From an uncultured Clostridia bacterium (GTDB lineage Bacteria; Bacillota; Clostridia; Christensenellales; HGM11417), in assembly GCA_944332455.1 (NCBI GenBank), contig CALVJY010000023.1:1-35429 (forward strand): 35,429 bases of DNA. The letters run 5' to 3'. The notes below the pieces were generated by a model. That model was not told where the DNA came from, made no database searches, and worked only from the letters and a program-made list of their open reading frames with translations. Numbering within the stretch: position 1 is the first letter of the stretch; each line of letters begins with the position of its first letter. This document shows, piece by piece, positions 9,130 to 17,344 of this stretch. The translations under genes and the position numbers were made by a program.

Positions 9130-9300
9130 TGGGTGGCACCGCCACCTTTTTGTACGCCCGCTCTAATTTTCCTTTTTCCACATTTTCGCGCCCGCACAAA
9201 ATTCCTCTTTTCTCCGACTGCTGGGGGTAGGTGCCTAAGGCACCTTTTTGTGCGCCCGCTCCGATTTTCCTTTTCCCGGCTCCCCCGCCTTACATCTGAA
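9130..9300. repeat. Two direct copies of hairpin + T-run units (GGTGGCACCGCCACC-TTTTTGTACGCCCGCTC-TAATTTTCCTTTTTCC / AGGTGCCTAAGGCACCT-TTTTGTGCGCCCGCTC-CGATTTTCCTTTTCCC)
   Basis: Same sequence family, in inverse orientation, as ...GAGTGGGCGT(G/A)CAAAAAGGTGCC(G/T)GTGGCACC... in the blocks at 12820-12860 and 17920-17960. Confidence 0.6.
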
Positions 9301-9366
9301 CATCGGCCAAAACCCGTCGCAGGAGATCAAGTATATTCCCCCGAATATTCAAGAAGTGGGCGTGCC

Positions 9367-12087
9367 TTAAAAAAGATTAAGTGCCAGGGGGAAGAGGTAG
9401 AGCGCGGCGAACACGCCGGCGGCCAGCAGGGCGCAGCAGACGAGGGCGGCCTTTTGCGCGGCCGGGGTCATGCGGGAGAGCAGGGCCTCGGCCCTCTCCC
9501 CCGCCCGGCCGAAGAGCCGGAAGTTTTCTTTGCCAAACCATGCGGCGAGGCGGCGGGAAAGCCCCGCCCGGCAGCGGAAGGCCGTCCACAGCCCGCTCAG
9601 CAGCAGGCCGAGGCCGGTGAGGACCCCGCCCGCGACGAGGCCGGGCGAGCGGTAGACGATCTCCACCGTGTTGAGCCCCTCCTCCAGGGGCAGGGAGAGC
9701 AGGCCGAAGACCTCGGAGACCTCCACGGTCCGGCCGTTGACCCGGGCGGAAAAGCCGGCGTCCCAGGGCAGGGCCACCAGCAGATGTTCCCCGGCCCCGG
9801 CCTCGATCTCCCCGCTCAGCCGGTTGGGCGAGGAGGAGAGCCCCTCGCCGGGGTCGGCGATCAGCTCGGCCAACCGGGCCTCGTCCAGGCCGTACACCCC
9901 GAAGGAGGAACAGGTGAAGGACTTGTGCAGATAGACCTTGACCTGCACGGTCTCGTCCTCGAAGCTGCCCAGGCAGATCAGGCCGTTCTGGGACTGGGAG
10001 GGATAGTCTGCGGCGGCCAGGCGGTTGTTGACGTAGACCGTGGCCGCGCCGTTGATCTCCTCCCGCAGGGCGTTGCTGACCCGGTCGAAGAGGTCGAAGT
10101 AGAGGGTCTGCCGGCCCTCGACCTCGATCTCCCAGCTGACGAAGGCCGTGTTGTCCGAGACCGCGAAGGAAAAGCCCTCCGCCCCGCTCTGGTCGATCAC
10201 GCCCCGGCTGTCGGTAAAGTCATAGGCCCGCATCAGCTCCTCCCCGAACAGCAGGTCGGAGAGGGCGTTCTGGGCGGCCAGGCGGTCGAGGGGAAGTTCG
10301 GTCTGCCCGCCGGGCAAAAAGGTCACCCCCAGGGGGAGAACCCACGGGCTTTCAGTAATGGCATAGTTCGGGGTCTGAAAGACGGCGTCCCCGCCCCCCG
10401 AACGGGAGATGACGTACTTGTGGGAGAACAGGGCGTCGGAGAGCAGGGTGCCGCCGTGGGAGCCGATCTCCATCCAGTAGCCCGAATAGCCCAGCTTTTT
10501 GGCGGTGTCCATCAGGGTGGCCTGGGTCATGGAGGTGTAGTGGGCCAGCGAGGGATAGCCGATCCCGCCCACCCAGTTGACGTCGAAGAGCTTGCGCTCC
10601 ATCTTGACCCGGTAAAAGCTTTCGTCGTCGAGGGCCTCCGCCAGCTCGGCCACGGCCGCGTAGTCGGTCGGCTCTTCGGCGGGCGGGATCAGGTAGACGC
10701 CGCAGCCGAACACGGCCTCCACGGCGGCCAGCGCGCACAGGCACAGGCCGGTGACCGCCCGGAATCGCCACCCCACCCGGTCCAGGGCAAACAGGCACAG
10801 GCCGGCCCCCAGGGCCACCAGGTAGTAGGTCAGCAGGGCGGCAAAGGAGGCCTCGTCCCCCCACAGGGTGGAAGAATAGGCGTCCATTTCCCCGACGTGG
10901 GCGGCCAGCCAGTCGGAAGAGAACCGGACCATGACCAGGCAGACCCCAACCGACAACAGGGTGCCGACAAGCTGCAGGGGCAGACAGTTCTGACGCACCG
11001 GGGCGGCAAGCTCCGGGGCGGCCTCCCCCTCTTTTCGCGCCCCGAGGGCGTCGGCGGCCAGGGAGAGCCCGCAAAACAGGGTGATAAAGGCATAGCGGGT
11101 GGGAAAGGCCATGTAGTCCCCGGTCTGCCACATCTTGTTGACCGGCTCCACAAAGAGGGGGATGAGGGTGAGCGCGAACAGGATCAGCATGGGGTTTTTC
11201 CGGTCCTTCCACAGGGTGTACCCCACGAAGGGCAGGAGGGGAAAGAGGCAAAAGACGGTGGGCACCGTGGTCTCGATGGGGGCGGTCAGGCTGCTGCCGG
11301 CCAGAATGGAGAACAGGCCGCGCATGCGGGCCGAGGCCCCGTAGGCGGACAGCATGGGCAGCCAGACCACGGCGGAGCAAAGCGCCGCCCCGCCGCAGGC
11401 GCGCAGAAAGCGCAGGGCGGCCGCCTTCCGGTTGGGCAGGCCGATCAGCCGGATCCCGGCGTAGAGGGCGAAAAAGCAGACCACCGGAAAGCTGAGGTAG
11501 AGGTTGAGCACGACCTGCAGGGCCAGCAGGATCCCGAACCATCCCCCCTTCCCCCGGTCGAACAGCCGTTCAGCGGCCAGCAGCAGGAGGGGGAACAGCA
11601 TCACCGCGTCCAGCCACATGGGATTCTGGAAGTACATCAGGCAGTAGCCCGAAAAGGCGTAGAACACCGAAAGCCCGGCGGCCGCGAAGGGATGCACCCC
11701 CGGCCGGGCCAGCCGGAAAAAGACCGAGGCGGTCAGGGCCGCGGCGCACAGCTTGCACAGCACCAGGATGTTGAGGAAAAGGGCCATGTCGGCCCGCTCC
11801 CAAAACAGGGCGAGAAAGGTGAAGGGCGAGCAGAGAAAGAAGAAAAAGACCCCCCAGAAGTTCATGCCGCCCCCGTTCAGCATGCTCAGCAAAAAGCCGT
11901 CTTTTCCCGCCAGCATGTCCAGAAACTCGTTCAGCAGAGGGAGGAACTGCTGGTCCATGTCGCCCCAGGCCAGGCTCTTGTCCCCGAAGGGATACAGGCC
12001 GCCCGAGGCATAGATGCCCAGAAGCAGGGCCGCCGTCATCACCGGGGCCAGAAAGATCATGATGTTTTTAAAAATTTTGTCTTTCAT
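9367..12087 (-). CDS. YfhO-family polytopic membrane protein (putative glycosyltransferase/lipid-linked glycan transferase)
   Basis: N-terminal MKDKIFKNIMIFLAPVMTAALLLGIYASGGLYPFGDKSLAWGDMDQQFLPLLNEF...NFWGVFFFFLCSPFTF matches the YfhO N-terminal pattern; many TM segments, then a large C-terminal extracytoplasmic domain. Start ambiguous: the track start 12147 (MCRF..) runs into a structured repeat, so the MKDK start at 12087 is preferred. No strong RBS at either. Confidence 0.75.
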   Translation of the reverse strand: MKDKIFKNIMIFLAPVMTAALLLGIYASGGLYPFGDKSLAWGDMDQQFLPLLNEFLDMLAGKDGFLLSMLNGGGMNFWGVFFFFLCSPFTFLALFWERADMALFLNILVLCKLCAAALTASVFFRLARPGVHPFAAAGLSVFYAFSGYCLMYFQNPMWLDAVMLFPLLLLAAERLFDRGKGGWFGILLALQVVLNLYLSFPVVCFFALYAGIRLIGLPNRKAAALRFLRACGGAALCSAVVWLPMLSAYGASARMRGLFSILAGSSLTAPIETTVPTVFCLFPLLPFVGYTLWKDRKNPMLILFALTLIPLFVEPVNKMWQTGDYMAFPTRYAFITLFCGLSLAADALGARKEGEAAPELAAPVRQNCLPLQLVGTLLSVGVCLVMVRFSSDWLAAHVGEMDAYSSTLWGDEASFAALLTYYLVALGAGLCLFALDRVGWRFRAVTGLCLCALAAVEAVFGCGVYLIPPAEEPTDYAAVAELAEALDDESFYRVKMERKLFDVNWVGGIGYPSLAHYTSMTQATLMDTAKKLGYSGYWMEIGSHGGTLLSDALFSHKYVISRSGGGDAVFQTPNYAITESPWVLPLGVTFLPGGQTELPLDRLAAQNALSDLLFGEELMRAYDFTDSRGVIDQSGAEGFSFAVSDNTAFVSWEIEVEGRQTLYFDLFDRVSNALREEINGAATVYVNNRLAAADYPSQSQNGLICLGSFEDETVQVKVYLHKSFTCSSFGVYGLDEARLAELIADPGEGLSSSPNRLSGEIEAGAGEHLLVALPWDAGFSARVNGRTVEVSEVFGLLSLPLEEGLNTVEIVYRSPGLVAGGVLTGLGLLLSGLWTAFRCRAGLSRRLAAWFGKENFRLFGRAGERAEALLSRMTPAAQKAALVCCALLAAGVFAALYLFPLALNLF

Positions 12088-12149
12088 GTCCGTATCATGT
12101 ACCGTTTTAACATGTCTCCGTCCAAAACGTGCCGCAAAGCGGCACATAT

Positions 12150-12960
12150 CGAGCGGCAGCGCCGCCGGGCTGGAACCCCCGTAAAGAATGAAGGGTAAAA
12201 AGTTACTGTTCTCGCTCTGTCTTTCAGTCGATATGTTTCCCTGACGGGAAACTCGATATGTTTGCCAAAGGCAAACTTGATATTTGCCCGCACAGCGGGC
12301 AATCGATATGAATGGCCTCGTTTATTGTCTTTTCCCTCTATAATTTGTCACTCCATATTGAAGCAAAGATGAAGGCAGAGCCCCCCCAACCCCGGCCATT
12401 CGTATTGGATGAAAACAGAACAAAAGCTATGAATTTATAACCGCACTGCTTTCAATGTGTTTTGTCCACAACGTGACGCGAAGCGGCACATATCGAGCAA
12501 AGTGAGCGCAGCGGAACTTTGCATATCGAATGGCCGTCAGGCCATATATCGAGTTTGCCGAAGGCAAACATATCGACATAAAACTTATCGCAGGAACAAA
12601 TAATCAATATTCCCGCTTTCTAAGAGTGGGCGCGCCTTCCTGGCGGCGATGCCGCCCAGGAACAAAGAATTAGTTTCCCCTCTCCATACGAGTGGGCGTT
12701 CTCGCCCGGTGCCGCCAGCACCCGCATATCGAATGGCCGTCAGGGCATATATCGAGTGCCGCATTGCGGCACATATCGACTTAAATTCATCGCAGGATAA
12801 ATCAATCATTTTTCCGCTTCATACGAGTGGGCGTGCAAAAAGGTGCCGGTGGCACCCCTGGCGGTACCTATCAATCTTAGCACAAAAGCCGGCATTTTGC
12901 AAGAAATCTTTCCCATGTCCCCTAAGGATTTGACGAATTTCCCGAAACATGCTATACTAG
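12150..12960. repeat. Structured leader block A (~800 bp), paralogous to block B at 17345-18000. Contains three ATATCGA/hairpin arrays (12228-12316; 12489-12580; 12724-12780), AGGAACAAA...ATACGAGTGGGCG units and GGTGCC..GGCACC hairpins
   Basis: Direct alignment by eye with 17345-18000. Shared long strings include GTTCTCGCTC..TCTTTCAGTCGATATGTTTCCCTG(A)CGGGAAACTCGATATG, CCCGGCCATTCGTATTGGAT.AAAACA.A.CAAAAGC.AT..ATTTATAACCG.ACTGCTTTCAATGT, CATATCGAATGGCCGTCAGG(G)CATATATCGAGTGCCGC.TTGCGGCACATATCGAC. Confidence 0.85.
12930..12958 (+). promoter_or_regulatory. Sigma-70-type promoter: TTGACG - 17 nt - TATACT
   Basis: ttgacgaatttcccgaaacatgcTATACT read directly; ~125 nt upstream of the ATG at 13084. 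Confidence 0.6.
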
Positions 12961-12965
12961 AGAAA

Positions 12966-13035
12966 GGCGGGAACCACCTCTCTCCGGCTTTGCCGGACTG
13001 ATCCTCCTCCTTTTTGGTTTCCCGCCTTTCTTTTT
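12966..13035 (+). promoter_or_regulatory. Leader terminator/attenuator-like structure: GGCGGGAACC...(inner hairpin CCGGCTTTGCCGG)...GGTTTCCCGCC followed by TTTCTTTTT
   Basis: 9/10-bp stem with a ~40-nt loop containing a second hairpin, then a U-run, sitting between the promoter and the RBS AAAGGAGGG of the DUF1113 gene. Confidence 0.4.
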
Positions 13036-13083
13036 GAGCCGATCCGATTAAATTTTTAAACAAAACGGAAAGGAGGGAAGCGG

Positions 13084-14154
13084 ATGCAGCTCTTTTTGCA
13101 GTTGGCCTGCCTGTTTGCGGTGGGCGCGGTGATCGGGTGGTGCATCGAACTGGTGTTCCGCCGCCTGTTCACGGCCAAAAAATGGATCAACCCCGGGTTT
13201 CTGAACGGGCCCTATCTGCCCCTGTACGGCTTCGGGACGGTGATCCTGTACGAGATCAGCGACCTGCCCCTTGCCGTGGGGTGGAAGATCGTCCTGTTCG
13301 GCGTGCTGCTGACCGCCGTGGAATATGCGGCGGGCATTCTGTTCATCAAGGGCATGAAGATCAAGCTGTGGGATTACTCCAAGCGGTGGGGCAACATCCA
13401 GGGCATCATCTGCCCCCTGTTCTCCCTGCTGTGGACGGCCGCCGGCACGCTGTTTCTGTTCTTTGTCTATCCCTGGCTGCAGGGCGTGCTGGCCTGGTTT
13501 GCCGAGCGCGCCCTCTCCCCCTTCTTCCTGGGGGTCTTTTACGGGGTCTTTCTGGTGGACCTGGGGGCCAGCTTCGGGCTGGGCGCCCGCCTGCGCAAGC
13601 TGGCCGCCGAGGCCAGGGAGACGCTGGCCTACGAGGAACTGAAGGCCTATCTGCGCCAGCGGGCCAAAAAGCTCCGCAAAAAGGTCAGCTTTCTGCTCCC
13701 CTTCCGCTCCGACCGCTCCCTGAAGGAGAACATCCGCGCCTTTCTGGACAGCCGCCGGCACCGGGAAGGGCCCGTGACGGCAGGCGGACCGGACGGCGAG
13801 GCCCCGGCCTCCCCGCCGGAAGGCCCTGCGCCGGAAGATCCGGGCTTTGAAAAGATCATCCCGACCGCCCCGGAGCGCGGAGAGCCGATCCCGCAGCCGG
13901 AAAGCCTGCCGGAAGATCCGGCCGGGGAGAGCGCGAAGGCGGCCGGCCGAGCGGAATGCGGAGGGCCGGCCCTTCAGCCGGAGGGCAGGCCGGACCCGGA
14001 CGCCGGGGGATCCCTGAAGGACCCGATCGCCGAACGCGGAGAGGCGGAAGCCACCGCGCCGGAAGATCCGGATTTTGAGCAGGCCCGGAACACTGAAACT
14101 TCCGCCCCGAAGGGGCCGAAAACCTGTGACCGGCCGGGCAAAAAGGGCGATTAA
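13084..14154 (+). CDS. DUF1113-like (putative ABC-transporter type IV) polytopic membrane protein with ~150-aa disordered C-terminal tail carrying P/E/A-rich repeats
   Basis: LFAVGAVIGWCIELVFRRLF...GPYLPLYGFGTVILYEI...WDYSKRWGNIQGIICPLFSLLW pattern; the tail contains repeated A(P)EDP(G/D)FE.. motifs. RBS AGGAGGG. Confidence 0.6.
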   Translation: MQLFLQLACLFAVGAVIGWCIELVFRRLFTAKKWINPGFLNGPYLPLYGFGTVILYEISDLPLAVGWKIVLFGVLLTAVEYAAGILFIKGMKIKLWDYSKRWGNIQGIICPLFSLLWTAAGTLFLFFVYPWLQGVLAWFAERALSPFFLGVFYGVFLVDLGASFGLGARLRKLAAEARETLAYEELKAYLRQRAKKLRKKVSFLLPFRSDRSLKENIRAFLDSRRHREGPVTAGGPDGEAPASPPEGPAPEDPGFEKIIPTAPERGEPIPQPESLPEDPAGESAKAAGRAECGGPALQPEGRPDPDAGGSLKDPIAERGEAEATAPEDPDFEQARNTETSAPKGPKTCDRPGKKGD

Positions 14155-14219
14155 AACGGGCAAAAACGGTTTATATATAAAAGTTAAGGCTATGGAAAAA
14201 TACCGCTTGAGGTGACGAC

Positions 14220-14912
14220 ATGGAGCTGATCGAATGCAAGGATCTGTGCAAGACCTACGGCACGGGCGATCTGGAAGTCCGGGCCCTGGACGGGGCCTCC
14301 TTTTCGGTGGAAAAAGGGGAGTTCGTGGTCATTTTGGGCCCCTCGGGGGCGGGCAAGAGCACCCTTTTAAACCTGCTGGGGGGCATGGACACCGCCACCT
14401 CGGGTACCCTGCGGGTGGGCGAAAAGACAGTGACCGCCCTCTCCGAAAAGGAGCTGAGCGCATACCGCAGAAAGGACATCGGCTTTGTCTTTCAGTTTTA
14501 CAACCTGATGGCCAACCTGACCGCCCTGGAAAACGTGGAGCTGGCCCAGGGCGAGACCGGCATGACCGCCGAAGAGGCCCTTTCCCTGGTGGGTCTGGAA
14601 AAGCGGAAGAACAACTTTCCGCCCCAGCTTTCGGGCGGGGAACAGCAGCGGGTGGCCATTGCCCGGGCCATCGTCAAAAACCCCCTGCTTTTGCTGTGCG
14701 ACGAGCCCACGGGGGCGCTGGACAGCAGGACGGGGCGGGCCATTCTGGGGCTGCTTTCGGACCTGTGCCGCAAGGATGGCATGACCGTGATCGTGGTCAC
14801 CCACAACGCCGAGCTCGGAAAGCTGGCCGACCGGCTGATCCGGGTCAATGACGGGAAGATCGTGGAAAACGCGCTGCAGACCGCGGCCTCCCCGGAGGAC
14901 ATCACATGGTGA
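14220..14912 (+). CDS. ABC transporter ATP-binding protein (MacB/LolD/FtsE-like)
   Basis: GPSGAGKSTLLNLLGG Walker A; LSGGEQQRVAIARA signature; LLLCDEPTGALD Walker B. Overlaps the permease gene by 7 nt. Confidence 0.92.
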   Translation: MELIECKDLCKTYGTGDLEVRALDGASFSVEKGEFVVILGPSGAGKSTLLNLLGGMDTATSGTLRVGEKTVTALSEKELSAYRRKDIGFVFQFYNLMANLTALENVELAQGETGMTAEEALSLVGLEKRKNNFPPQLSGGEQQRVAIARAIVKNPLLLLCDEPTGALDSRTGRAILGLLSDLCRKDGMTVIVVTHNAELGKLADRLIRVNDGKIVENALQTAASPEDITW

Positions 14913-17341
14913 GGCGGCCCAATCCGGCGGCCGTCCTCCGCCGCCGCATCCGCCGGGAGATCCGGGACAACTTTCTGCAGTTTCTGGCCGTCATCCTGAT
15001 CGCCTTCCTGGCGGTCACCCTGTTCTGCGGGCTGACCGCCAACTACAAAAAGCTGGAGCGCCGGGTGGATGTCGTCTACCGCGAGGGCAGCATGCCCGAC
15101 GTCTTTGTGCTGACCTCGGGGCTGGAGGAAGGCGACCGGGAATTCGCCGCCGCCCTGGAGGGCGTGGAGGCCGCGGAGAGCCGGCTTTATCTGACGGCCG
15201 AATCGGGAAGCTCCCAGGTCGTTCTGGCCGTCACGGAAGGGACCCCGACCCTGTCCAAGCCCATCACCGAGGCCGAGGGCAGCATCTTCTGCGACGAGCA
15301 CATGCTGTTCCGCCTGGGCGCGGAGGTCGGAGAGGCCTTTCCCCTCTCCCTCTCCCTGGACTTCGGCTCTCTGCTGGAGCAGGCCACCGGAACGCCGGCC
15401 GAAACGGTGCTCTCCCTGCTGGATCTGCTTTTGCTGGACGGCGGGGTGAACGTGTTCCGCCAGGAGGCGCTGACCCTGCAGGTCCGGGTGGACGGCACCA
15501 TGCTGCACCCCGAGGCCATCTCGGCCTCCTCGACCTCGGCGGGGATGCTGACCATGACGAGGGAGGACCTGAACGGCCTGATCGAGGCGGCGCTGCGGGA
15601 AAACTTCACGGAGGCCGGCGTCACGGCGATCCTGAACGTCCTGGCCGAGACGGACCTGAGCAATCAGATCCTGCTGCAGGTGGCCGACGGGCAGGAGGAC
15701 GCCGTGACCGAGGCCCTGCGGGACTGGTTCGGGAACAAGGAGACCTCCAACCTGATGATGGTCTACGACCGGGAATCCTCGCCCGGCAACGCCGTCATCG
15801 AGAGCGACATCCGGCAGGCGCAGATGCTGACCTACGTCTTTCCGGTCATCTTTTTCCTGGTGTCGGTGCTGGTCATTTCCACCACCATCACCCAGCTGAT
15901 CAACCGGGAGCACACCGCCATCGGCACCCTGAAGGGGCTGGGCTTTTCCAGGGGGGCCATCCTGCGGCACTACATGGGCTACGGGGTGGTGCTCTGCCTG
16001 CTGGGCGGGATCCTGGGGGTGATCGTGGGGCCCATTCTGATCCCCGCGGTCATGGACATCAAAAACAACCTCCTCTACCAGCTGCCGAATCTGGCCCCGC
16101 CCTTTGCCTTTTGGGAATACGGCGCCTGCCTGCTGCTTCTGGTGGGGGTGGCTGCGCTGGTCTCCTTTCTGGTCTGCCGGAGGGAGATCGCCTTAAAGCC
16201 CGCCGAGAGCATGCGCCCCGTCGCCCCCCGCACCGCCCGCATGACCGCCTTCGAGCGGAGCCGGCTGTGGAGAAAATGCCCCCTTTCCCTGCGCATGGCC
16301 TGGCGGAACATCGTCCGCCAAAAGGGCCGGGCCCTGATGGTGATTTTGGGCGTGATGGGGTGCACCGCCCTGTTGGTGTGCGGCTTCGGCATCGACAACA
16401 CCCTGGACAACAGCGTGTACACCGAGACCGAAGTCCTCTTCCCGGCCGAACTCAACCTGACTTTGGAGGACGGGGCCGATCTCCCCTCCCTGACCGGCAT
16501 CACCTTTGAAAGCTATGCCCGCCAGAACGGCCAGCTGCAGTCGGATTCGGGAGTGCGGGACGCCGTCATCCTGGTCTTTTCCGCCGACACTCAGATGTTC
16601 GGCGGGGGGACGCTGTCCGACGAGGGCGGCCTTTTGAGCGAGACCCTGGCCCAGAAGCTGGGGGTGGGGGTCGGCGACACCCTGACGGTGATCTGCGAGG
16701 GGATCGCCCGGGAGATCGAAGTGACCGGCATCTACCGCTCGGGCTTTACCCAGGCCCTGGTGCTGACCCCCTCAAACGGGGATCTGTTCGGGCTGGAGCC
16801 CTCCTATGCCTACGGCAAGATCACCGATCCCTCCCTTTCCCAGGCCGACGCCGCCGCGCTCTTGTCTTCCATGGCCGGGGTGCAGAGCGTGACCACCACC
16901 GAGGACACCCTGCAGACCGCCGAGGACATTCTGGCCACCGTGCGGATCATCACCGCCACCGTCAAGGTCTTTGCGGTGCTGCTGGCCGTGGTGGTGCTTT
17001 ACAACCTCTCGCTGCTCAACTTCCGGGAGCGCTTCCGCGACATCGCCACCTTGAAGGTGCTGGGCATTCCCAACGGCCAGATCGCGGCCAGCCTGATCTG
17101 GGAGAGCATGGCCCTGACGCTGGTGGGCACCCTGATCGGCCTGCCGCTCGGGTATCCGGTCATGGTGCTGATGCTGACCATCAACCAGACCGAGCTTCTG
17201 ACCTTCCTCTACCTCATCCAGCCCCTGTCCTACCTGATCTCGGCGGCCATCACCCTGGTGACCTCGTTCGCCGTCAACTTCCTGCTGGGCAAGCGGGTCA
17301 GAAAGGTGAAAATGATCGAATCGCTGAAGAGCGTGGAGTAG
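14906..17341 (+). CDS. ABC transporter permease, FtsX/MacB family (two FtsX-type 4-TM modules with large extracytoplasmic domains)
   Basis: 811 aa; N-terminal TM LQFLAVILIAFLAVTLFCGL; C-terminal FtsX-like TM bundles (VFAVLLAVVVLYNLSLLNFRERFRDIATLKVLG...). Translationally coupled to the ATPase. Confidence 0.88.
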   Translation: MVRRPNPAAVLRRRIRREIRDNFLQFLAVILIAFLAVTLFCGLTANYKKLERRVDVVYREGSMPDVFVLTSGLEEGDREFAAALEGVEAAESRLYLTAESGSSQVVLAVTEGTPTLSKPITEAEGSIFCDEHMLFRLGAEVGEAFPLSLSLDFGSLLEQATGTPAETVLSLLDLLLLDGGVNVFRQEALTLQVRVDGTMLHPEAISASSTSAGMLTMTREDLNGLIEAALRENFTEAGVTAILNVLAETDLSNQILLQVADGQEDAVTEALRDWFGNKETSNLMMVYDRESSPGNAVIESDIRQAQMLTYVFPVIFFLVSVLVISTTITQLINREHTAIGTLKGLGFSRGAILRHYMGYGVVLCLLGGILGVIVGPILIPAVMDIKNNLLYQLPNLAPPFAFWEYGACLLLLVGVAALVSFLVCRREIALKPAESMRPVAPRTARMTAFERSRLWRKCPLSLRMAWRNIVRQKGRALMVILGVMGCTALLVCGFGIDNTLDNSVYTETEVLFPAELNLTLEDGADLPSLTGITFESYARQNGQLQSDSGVRDAVILVFSADTQMFGGGTLSDEGGLLSETLAQKLGVGVGDTLTVICEGIAREIEVTGIYRSGFTQALVLTPSNGDLFGLEPSYAYGKITDPSLSQADAAALLSSMAGVQSVTTTEDTLQTAEDILATVRIITATVKVFAVLLAVVVLYNLSLLNFRERFRDIATLKVLGIPNGQIAASLIWESMALTLVGTLIGLPLGYPVMVLMLTINQTELLTFLYLIQPLSYLISAAITLVTSFAVNFLLGKRVRKVKMIESLKSVE

Positions 17342-17344
17342 GCG

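Noticed and set aside
6447-9230. 927-aa plus-strand ORF and several 60-250-aa ORFs on both strands over the metalloprotease gene
   Set aside because: Gly/Arg/Pro-rich, no motifs, entirely antisense or out of frame to a gene with signal peptide, HExxH and domain structure.
9061-12198. 1045-aa plus-strand ORF and 396-aa minus ORF (10352..11542) overlapping the YfhO gene
   Set aside because: Composition-driven (Gly/Arg/Pro/Gln) with no recognisable domains. The YfhO frame has coherent TM topology and family motifs.
12084-12302. Small ORFs inside the repeat blocks (12084..12302, 12585..12809, 12649..12933, 17230..17586, 17608..17811)
   Set aside because: Their mutual similarity is explained by the DNA repeat itself, and the hairpin-array periodicity is incompatible with coding constraint. 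They have no RBS.
12228-12780. CRISPR array
   Set aside because: The repeat unit is only 7-8 nt with ~17-nt hairpin spacers that are themselves palindromic. There are no cas genes, and the period (~24 nt) is far below CRISPR repeat-spacer size.
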